Shown: positions 1 to 5,918 of the stretch, in pieces
Layout: each line of letters starts with the position of its first letter
Position numbering within the stretch: position 1 is the stretch's first letter
Origin: Desulfomicrobium sp.
GTDB taxonomy: Bacteria; Desulfobacterota; Desulfovibrionia; Desulfovibrionales; Desulfomicrobiaceae
Length of the DNA: 64,000 bases
Direction of reading: 5' to 3'
Assembly (NCBI GenBank): GCA_040768745.1
Contig: JAXGMI010000001.1
Coordinates: 1,120,001 to 1,184,000, forward strand
Program-made: the position numbers and the translations under genes
The notes under the pieces: generated by a model
Seen by the model: only the letters and a program-made list of their open reading frames with translations
Told to the model about the DNA's origin: nothing
The model's database searches: none

Positions 1-261
1 GACCGCAGGACCATGCCCCGCTTCGCCGGGGTGGTGGACTACGTGTCCGCGGACCAGCTGGTGCAGGACGCCTCCACCGGGGGCATGCCCTTCTACCTGG
101 TGCACATCGTGGTGGAGGAGGCGGGCCTGAAGGAGGCCGGGGCCTACCTCTACCCGGGCATGCCGGCGGAATGCTACATCACCACCGAGGAGCGGACCAT
201 CCTCTTCTACCTGCTGGAACCCTTCCTTAAGATCATGGACAAGGCCCTGCGGGAACCCTAA
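1..261 (+). CDS. HlyD/PrtE-family type I secretion membrane fusion protein, C-terminal part (5' truncated by window)
   Basis: Open frame from base 1. Typical HlyD C-terminus: 'GVVDYVSADQL...FYLVHIVV...LYPGMPAECYITTEERTILFYLLEPF...ALRE'. Confidence 0.9.
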   Translation, partial: DRRTMPRFAGVVDYVSADQLVQDASTGGMPFYLVHIVVEEAGLKEAGAYLYPGMPAECYITTEERTILFYLLEPFLKIMDKALREP

Positions 262-285
262 CCCGCGGAGGCAAGCAGGAACGCC

Positions 286-327
286 AAGCTGCGCCCGGGA
301 CCGATCGGTCCCGGGCGCAGCTTTTTT
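286..327 (+). terminator. Intrinsic terminator; perfect 38-bp palindrome plus T-tract
   Basis: AAGCTGCGCCCGGGACCGATCGGTCCCGGGCGCAGCTT (286-323) followed by TTTT, between convergent hlyD and sapC. Confidence 0.85.
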
Positions 328-361
328 CTGGCCTTGCCTGCGCCGGGCCGGGGCGGGAGGG

Positions 362-1144
362 TCAGCCCAGGGCGTCGAAACTGATGGTGTCGTTCTGGAT
401 GGGAAAGGACGAGGCCTCCGCGGACCCGGGCGCCGCGGCCGCGGCCTTGGCGTGGGCTTCGGACAGCCTGCCCAGGAGGGGGAAGTGCTGGATGGAGAGC
501 AGCTGGTAGTAGGCCAGGGGCAGGGCCTGGTTTTGGCGCAGGGACAGAAACGCTTCGTCGGGGAGGGCGTCCAGGGCCTTGTCGTCGATTTTGAAAATGC
601 CCTGCAGGGTCTTTTCCCCCTGGGGGGTCTTCAGGGTGACGGGCCAGGGCTGGATGAGGCCGTGCTGCTGCAGGGCCGCGCAGGCCCTGGCGGTCAAGAC
701 CCCGCTCTGGGCCTGGAGGTTGAGGGCGCGCATGACCTCGGTCACGGCCGCGGCGGGTTTGCCTTCCCGGTCGTAGAAGTCCTGCCCTTCGGGCCCCTGG
801 CTGTCCGTGACCTGCTCCTCGTCCACCACCAGGACCGGCTGGCCGTCCGGGGTCTGGCGCAGGGAGAAGGGCATGGTCCGGAAGGCCAGGGGCATGTAGG
901 CCGCCAGCCACCCGCCCTTGGGGGAGACGAACAGGTTCCTGCCCGGCTGCAGGCCCAGGATGGCCGCGGGCGTGAAGGCGTCCTTGGCCTGCACGAAGCA
1001 GAGGGGAAAATATACCGCCGCCGTGGACATCTCCACCATGGTCACGGGGACGATGTGGTTCCGGGCGGCCATGGCCAGCCCTGCCGACGTCCGCCAGCGG
1101 GAGGTGGCGTGGCGCTCTCGGGACACGGGAACGAATTTGGGCAT
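362..1144 (-). CDS. sapC: SapC-family protein (associated with S-layer/T1SS loci)
   Basis: Start at ATG 1144 with GAGG RBS. Motifs 'FVPVSRERH', 'YFPLCF', 'AILGLQPGRNLFV...W..AYMPLAFRTMPF', 'IDDKALDALPDEAFLSL...LPLAYYQLLS'. Confidence 0.85.
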   Translation of the reverse strand: MPKFVPVSRERHATSRWRTSAGLAMAARNHIVPVTMVEMSTAAVYFPLCFVQAKDAFTPAAILGLQPGRNLFVSPKGGWLAAYMPLAFRTMPFSLRQTPDGQPVLVVDEEQVTDSQGPEGQDFYDREGKPAAAVTEVMRALNLQAQSGVLTARACAALQQHGLIQPWPVTLKTPQGEKTLQGIFKIDDKALDALPDEAFLSLRQNQALPLAYYQLLSIQHFPLLGRLSEAHAKAAAAAPGSAEASSFPIQNDTISFDALG

Positions 1145-1278
1145 TTTATCCTCGGGGTTAGAGAATGGAAGCGGGTCTGGCCAGGGGCCATGGCGGTCGC
1201 GGCGGAGAGGGAATGGCCCTCTCCGGGCCAGCCGCCGGGTCCCGGGGGGACGGTTTCCCCCAGGGACAGCCTTTGTCC

Positions 1279-1316
1279 TTGACATCCTGATCCGCTCTGT
1301 TAATTTATAAGTTAAC
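1279..1316 (+). promoter_or_regulatory. sigma70 promoter of TAC operon with overlapping palindromic operator
   Basis: TTGACA (1279-1284), 16 nt, extended -10 TGnTAATTT (1298-1306). Near-perfect palindrome GTTAATTTATAAGTTAAC (1299-1316) lies just before the toxin ATG. Confidence 0.7.
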
Positions 1317-1318
1317 CA

Positions 1319-1699
1319 ATGTCAAAGCGCGATCTTCTTTCCGCAATTCTTCCCGGGTCCGAAATAAAGACGGGCATCTGCTACTGGTCGCCGGACGATG
1401 CCTACGGGTTCGAGAAATGGTTGGACGCGTCCCGCATGGACCTGAAGACCAGGAAGAAGCTCGTGGCCCAGCTCACGCTGTACGCCAGGCACGGGCTGCC
1501 CAAAGGGAACAGGGAGAAGTTCCGGCATGTGGAGGGCAAGATCTGCGAGATCAAGCCCACGTCCCAGATCCGCCTCCTGGGGTTCGAGGAGGGCGCGGAT
1601 TTTGTCATCGTGTGCATGGACATCAAGAAGGCAAACAAGCTCTCGCCCGCGCTGATCGAGCGGGCCCAACGGCTCTGGAGGCAGTATCATGAGCGATGA
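1319..1699 (+). CDS. RelE/HigB-superfamily (Gp49-like) toxin
   Basis: 126 aa, basic. 'FEKWL..KKLVAQL..HGLP..EKFRHVEGKICEIK..IRLLGF..FVIV..IKKANKLSPALIERAQR' matches the Gp49/HigB pattern. Lies upstream of an XRE gene. Confidence 0.8.
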   Translation: MSKRDLLSAILPGSEIKTGICYWSPDDAYGFEKWLDASRMDLKTRKKLVAQLTLYARHGLPKGNREKFRHVEGKICEIKPTSQIRLLGFEEGADFVIVCMDIKKANKLSPALIERAQRLWRQYHER

Positions 1700-2096
1700 A
1701 CAGGAGTACGCGGGCTGTCTTGGCGGTATCTACGGCCAGATGTCCGAAGTGGAGCTGCATTTCGAGGAGCTGCTGCATGCGGTGTCCGAGGAGATCAACC
1801 GGGTCATGGTCCAGGGCGGGGTGAACAAGACCGAGCTGGCCTGCCGGATGGAGGTGTCCAAACCCTATGTGACCAGGCTGCTGAACGGCACGGCCAATGT
1901 CAGCCTGCTGACCCTGGCCAAGATTTCCGTGGCCCTGGGGCACAGGGTCGGCGTGACCCTGGTCCCGGCCGGGTGGGAGTCCAGGGTCTTCGCCGTCTCC
2001 CCGCGCAACGAGACCCTCCGGCTGCACCGGCGCGCCCAGTACGACGGGTTCACGGACAAGGACGAACAGGTGGTGGTCAATGCTGAAGGTTATTGA
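1689..2096 (+). CDS. HigA-like XRE HTH antitoxin with C-terminal extension (putative chaperone-addiction ChAD tail)
   Basis: GGAGG RBS; overlaps toxin by 11 nt. HTH 'NKTELACRMEVSKPYVTRLLNGTANVSLLTLAKISVALG' followed by an approximately 40-aa tail. Confidence 0.85.
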   Translation: MSDEQEYAGCLGGIYGQMSEVELHFEELLHAVSEEINRVMVQGGVNKTELACRMEVSKPYVTRLLNGTANVSLLTLAKISVALGHRVGVTLVPAGWESRVFAVSPRNETLRLHRRAQYDGFTDKDEQVVVNAEGY

Positions 2097-2472
2097 TTAC
2101 ATCTTCCCGGAAGTGGAATGCCGGGCCAACCCCGGCTGCCCCGCCAACCCGCAGGAGATCGTCCCGCCCTCGGTGCGCGTCGCCAACCGCCTGGCGGTGA
2201 AGGAGAGCCAGGAGAACATCTACCGGCTGGCCCTGCACATCGAATTCGGCAGGCCCGAGGAGAAATGCTCCTACGTGGGCCAGGTCCGCATCGTGGGCCT
2301 GTTCGCCGCGCAGCCAGACAGGCCCAACCCGGAGACGGTCCTGCTCGTGGCCGGGTCCAGCCTGCTCTACGCCGCGGCCCGCGAATTCATCCTGTCCATC
2401 ACCTCCCGCGGCCCCAACGCCCCCCTCATGCTGCCCATGGTCCGCTTCCAGCCCCGGAAGGCATGTGCATGA
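2080..2472 (+). CDS. SecB-like chaperone (TAC third component)
   Basis: 130 aa; overlaps antitoxin by 17 nt. Beta-strand pattern 'YRLALHIEF..YVGQVRIVGLF' and SecB C-terminal signature 'LLYAAAREFILSITSRGP..PLMLPMVRF'. Confidence 0.8.
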   Translation: MLKVIDYIFPEVECRANPGCPANPQEIVPPSVRVANRLAVKESQENIYRLALHIEFGRPEEKCSYVGQVRIVGLFAAQPDRPNPETVLLVAGSSLLYAAAREFILSITSRGPNAPLMLPMVRFQPRKACA

Positions 2473-2562
2473 CGGGCTGTTTCGTGCAGGCTGCGGGCCG
2501 GCGCAGTCCGGCCCCGGCCTGGAACGGCCCTGATGGCAGGCCAGGTGTGAAGGGCCCCAGAC

Positions 2563-2680
2563 TGTAAAAAAATCTTTGCTCGCTGTCGGAATTCCTTACA
2601 CATTCCTGGCAGTTAATCATATGGTTTCGGACGTTGCCCAATTTTATCAACCGGTTGGCTTCCATGGCACGGGTAGTGCA
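2563..2680 (+). promoter_or_regulatory. sigma54 promoter with enhancer and IHF site (PEP-CTERM gene 1)
   Basis: TGT-N11-ACA (TGTCGGAATTCCTTACA, 2584-2600); IHF consensus TATCAACCGGTTG (2645-2657); -24/-12 TGGCACGGGTAGTGCA (2665-2680). Confidence 0.8.
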
Positions 2681-2726
2681 GGAAATGGTTACAAAACATT
2701 CACGATCAAGCAACAAGGAGCTGGTT

Positions 2727-3083
2727 ATGAAGAAGTTGTATACGATTTTCTGCGTGGCGGTCCTCGTGCTGGCCATGAGCGGATTTTCTTTTGCTGCGAC
2801 CCAGAAGGGGAAGCTCAGCATCCAGGAGCCGACGGCCCCCCTGATCACCCCTGAGGAGCCGGTCATCCAGGACACGGAGCCGACTGTCACCCTGAGCGCC
2901 CTGGCGCTGCCGGCTACCGAGGATCTGGGGGAGCTGAACGTGCCGCTGGAGCAGCCGTCCTTGCGGTCCGTTAGTCCGGCCATGGTTGTGGAGTCGCCGA
3001 ATGCGGTCCCCGAGCCGACCACCCTGCTGCTGATGGGCGTCGGACTTCTTGGGCTGGCTGGCGTGTACAGAACGCGGCGCTGA
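2727..3083 (+). CDS. Small PEP-CTERM sorting-domain protein (118 aa)
   Basis: AAGGAG RBS, Sec signal peptide, Pro/Thr/Glu-rich middle, C-terminal VPEPTTLLLMGVGLLGLAGVYRTRR. Confidence 0.93.
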   Translation: MKKLYTIFCVAVLVLAMSGFSFAATQKGKLSIQEPTAPLITPEEPVIQDTEPTVTLSALALPATEDLGELNVPLEQPSLRSVSPAMVVESPNAVPEPTTLLLMGVGLLGLAGVYRTRR

Positions 3084-3378
3084 TATTTTCCTGCGCGGGA
3101 ATTGAAAAAGGCGGGGCCTCGAAGCCCTGCCTTTTTTATGGCCCATCCGGTCCGAGCGTCCGCGCACGGACGGATGGCTGTTCGATTTCTGAATGGATAC
3201 GGCACTCAGAAAAGCCGTGGATTGCCACGTGTTCTGCGGGCGGACCCTGAAGGGTATAGACTCGCAATGATGAAAAAATACTCTCGTCGCACGCCAGGCT
3301 CTGCGTGGCGATTCCTCGCAATGACAGGATTCAGACGCATGATCCGTCATCGTGAGGCGTCTTCGCCGTGGCGATCCA
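3084..3378. repeat. Conserved downstream non-coding element, copy 1 (includes CGTC/REP-like inverted elements)
   Basis: Colinear with 4035-4239. Contains hairpin CCATCCGGTCCGAGCGTCCGCGCACGGACGGATGG and inverted pair TGGATTGCCACG..CTCGCAATGA (3218-3270) / CGTCATCGTGAG..CGTGGCGATCCA (3345-3378). Confidence 0.75.
3105..3137 (+). terminator. Intrinsic terminator
   Basis: AAAAAGGCGGGGC-CTCGAA-GCCCTGCC-TTTTTT after PEP-CTERM gene 1. Confidence 0.8.
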
Positions 3379-3478
3379 TCCTTTGTCCGATCGATACCAG
3401 TCGTCTTTTTATTCGCCGTCTCCCAAAAGGTTTCGAACCGCGGCCCCGGTGGCTGGCCGGGTCTGAATGCCAAAAAAT

Positions 3479-3595
3479 TGTATAAAATCTCGAATAGTTG
3501 TCGGGAAACTTTACATCCAGCGGCGGTCCGCATGGGTGCAACCCTGCTTGAATCCAGGAATATCAACGCGTTGACCGTATGGCACGGGTCGTGCA
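3479..3595 (+). promoter_or_regulatory. sigma54 promoter with enhancer and IHF site (PEP-CTERM gene 2)
   Basis: TGTCGGGAAACTTTACA (3499-3515); IHF TATCAACGCGTTG (3561-3573); TGGCACGGGTCGTGCA (3580-3595). Enhancer-to-promoter spacing is identical to copy 1. Confidence 0.8.
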
Positions 3596-3635
3596 AAAAC
3601 ATTTGCTCCAACGATCAAGCAGTAAGGAGTTGATT

Positions 3636-4034
3636 ATGAAGAAGTTGTGTACGATGTCCTGCGTGGCGGTGCTCGTGCTGGCCATGAGCGGTCTTTCCTT
3701 CGCGGCCTCCATGAAGGGCAAGGGTGGCGCCCAGGCCAGCATCCCGGAGACAAATCCCATCCTGGTGGAACTGGCCACGGGGGAGACGCCTGAAGAACCC
3801 GGCCTGGTCGACAATCCCGCGTTCACCGCATCCCTGAACGCCCTGGCGCTGCCAACCACCGGGGACCTGGAGGGTCTGGGGGCACAGGGAGATTCTCTCG
3901 GCGAGAGCCAGAACGAATCGCCACAGGCTGCCATCCAGCAGCCCCAGCCCAACGCGGTTCCCGAACCCACCACCCTGCTGCTGATGGGCATGGGACTGCT
4001 CGGACTGGCAGGCGTGTACAGAACTCGTCGCTGA
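3636..4034 (+). CDS. Small PEP-CTERM sorting-domain protein (132 aa), paralog of 2727-3083
   Basis: AAGGAG RBS, near-identical signal peptide, C-terminal VPEPTTLLLMGMGLLGLAGVYRTRR. Confidence 0.93.
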   Translation: MKKLCTMSCVAVLVLAMSGLSFAASMKGKGGAQASIPETNPILVELATGETPEEPGLVDNPAFTASLNALALPTTGDLEGLGAQGDSLGESQNESPQAAIQQPQPNAVPEPTTLLLMGMGLLGLAGVYRTRR

Positions 4035-4239
4035 TATTTCTCTACAAAAGAATTGAGAAAGGCAGGGCCACACGCCCTGCCTTTTTTCATGGCCCACCGG
4101 TCCGAGCGTCCGCGCACGGACGGATGGTGATTCGATTTCTGATCCGTGACGGCACTCAAAAAAGCCGTGGATTGCCGCGCGCCCTGAAGGGTTGAGACGC
4201 GCAATGTTGGGACTCAGACTCGTGATCCGTCATGGCGAG
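4035..4239. repeat. Conserved downstream non-coding element, copy 2
   Basis: Shares GGTCCGAGCGTCCGCGCACGGACGGATGG, TTCGATTTCTGA, ACGGCACTCA..AAAGCCGTGGATTGCC, CCCTGAAGGGT, CGCAATG and TGATCCGTCAT with copy 1. Confidence 0.75.
4058..4087 (+). terminator. Intrinsic terminator
   Basis: AAAGGCAGGGC-CACAC-GCCCTGCC-TTTTTT. Confidence 0.8.
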
Positions 4240-4251
4240 ACTCGCCATCCG

Positions 4252-5751
4252 TCACTGCGTGGGCGCGCTGCCCGCCCCGAAGCGCAGGCTGGCGCCCAGA
4301 TTGGCGCGCATGATCTTGCCCCCGCTGTTCTTGGGCAGGTCGTGGGCCACCACGATCTGGATGGCCTGGTAGATGCGCCCCAGGCGCTCGGCGCAGAGTT
4401 TTTTCAGCTCCAGCACCTCGTCGCCCTGGATGGGCCGCTGGGGGACGACGACGCCCACGAGCATGGGCACGTCGTCGGCGCTTTTGCGGATGGCCACCAC
4501 GGCCGATTCCAGCACGGCGGGGTGGGAGTTGAGGACCTCCTCCACCCGCTCGGGGTTGACCTTCACCCCCCCGATATTGAGGATGTGGTCCGCCCGGCCC
4601 GTCAGAAAGACATAGCCGCCCGCGTCGACCATGCCCTGGTCCCCGGGGATGTACATGCCGTGCTGGAAGGTCTTCCGGGTGGCCTCCTCGTCCCCCACGT
4701 ACCCGGCCGCCAGCAGGGGCGTCCTGAAGCAGAGCCAGCCCTCCTCGCCCGGGGGCAGGGGCTGGCCCTTTTCGTCCACGGCCCGGCACTGCACCCACGG
4801 GTACAGGCGGCCGTGGGACTGCGGGCGCAGGGCCGCGTCCTCCTCGGTCAGCAGGGCCAGGGCCGCGGTCTCGGTGGAGCCGTAGTCCACCTCGATCCTG
4901 GGGCAGACGCGCGCGTGAATCCCGCTGTGCAGGCCGGGGCTGACCACGCTGCCGGCCACCTGCACGACGGCCACGCTCGCGCAGGCCTGCCGGGCATCCA
5001 GATTTTTCTCCGCCCCGTGGGCCACCAGCCTGGCGGCCAGGCCGGTGGTGGTGAAGACCCGCGTGGGCTGATCGCGCTGGGTCATGCGGAAGAAATTCTC
5101 CGCTGAATAGTCCTGGCAGATGACTGCCGTGTTGCCGTGGACCAGGGCGCGCAGCAGGACGGTCAGCCCCACGGCGATGTGCAGGCTGGAAAAGACGAGC
5201 ACGCGCTGTCCGCCCCGGTGGTTGAGGGCCATGTCCAGCATCCCGCGCCGGTGGGTCAAACCGACGCTCTTGGGCAGGCCGGTGGTGCCCGAGGAGACGG
5301 CGATCATCCAGGGGTCCTGGTCCACGTCCTCGGCCATGGCCGGGACCGTGACCCGCTCCCCGGGTTCGGCCAGGAACAGCCCTCCGGCATCGAGGTGGCT
5401 CCAGGTCGCGCCGTCGGCCCGCCAGCTGTCCTCGGTGTCGTGGACCAGGGTGTGCACGGCGTGGCGCTCCAGCAGCGCGCGTTTGCGCTCTTCGGGCCAG
5501 GCGGCCACATGGGGCGTGGCCACGGCCCCCATGCGGGCCAGGGCCAGCAGCCCCGCGACGTAGGCCGCCGGGCTGCGCATGCCCAGGGCCACGACGTGCC
5601 CGCGCCGGATTCCGGCCTCGGCCAGGCGGGCCGAAACCAGGTGCACGGTCTGCTGCAGCTGGGCGTAGGTGACGGGGTTGCCCTCGAAAATCAGGGCCGG
5701 CTGCTCGGGATAGGCGGCGCAGTTGCGCCAGATCGCCTCGGTGATGTTCAT
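4252..5751 (-). CDS. Class I adenylate-forming enzyme (acyl-CoA/acyl-AMP ligase family)
   Basis: Motifs SSGTTGLPK, YGSTE, PGD, GRADHILNIGGVKVNPERVE, LPKNSGGKIMR. Confidence 0.9.
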   Translation of the reverse strand: MNITEAIWRNCAAYPEQPALIFEGNPVTYAQLQQTVHLVSARLAEAGIRRGHVVALGMRSPAAYVAGLLALARMGAVATPHVAAWPEERKRALLERHAVHTLVHDTEDSWRADGATWSHLDAGGLFLAEPGERVTVPAMAEDVDQDPWMIAVSSGTTGLPKSVGLTHRRGMLDMALNHRGGQRVLVFSSLHIAVGLTVLLRALVHGNTAVICQDYSAENFFRMTQRDQPTRVFTTTGLAARLVAHGAEKNLDARQACASVAVVQVAGSVVSPGLHSGIHARVCPRIEVDYGSTETAALALLTEEDAALRPQSHGRLYPWVQCRAVDEKGQPLPPGEEGWLCFRTPLLAAGYVGDEEATRKTFQHGMYIPGDQGMVDAGGYVFLTGRADHILNIGGVKVNPERVEEVLNSHPAVLESAVVAIRKSADDVPMLVGVVVPQRPIQGDEVLELKKLCAERLGRIYQAIQIVVAHDLPKNSGGKIMRANLGASLRFGAGSAPTQ

Positions 5752-5837
5752 CGCAAATCCTTCAGCCCGGTGGGGCGGCGTTCATGGTGGACTGTTTCGC
5801 TTCCTGCGCCGGGTCCGCTGCGGAGCCCCGGGCAAGG

Positions 5838-5869
5838 AAAACCCCACCCCCCGGGAGGGGGGTGGGGTT
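5838..5869 (-). terminator. Intrinsic terminator of S-layer-like gene
   Basis: AAAACCCCACCCCCC-GGGA-GGGGGGTGGGGTT on +; the A-run is the U-tail on the minus strand. Confidence 0.75.
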
Positions 5870-5918
5870 GTGGTTGGAGGCGCACTCCCTCACCGGGGCG
5901 AGGGGTGATGACTTGGGG

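Noticed and set aside
1145..1285. N-terminal extensions in the ORF track (sapC, wzm, wzt, rmlC, wbaP, rnhB, smpB, ercA, aor and others)
   Set aside because: Downstream starts have RBS motifs or match where family homology begins; the extensions cover promoters or neighbouring genes.
3102..3633. ORFs 3102-3485 and 3352-3633 between the PEP-CTERM genes
   Set aside because: They run through a terminator, palindromic elements and the next promoter, lack an RBS and have non-protein-like composition.
3084..4239. Possible CRISPR array or integron attC cassette array
   Set aside because: Only two long imperfect copies, no regular repeat-spacer period, no cas or integrase gene, and no clear attC core sites.
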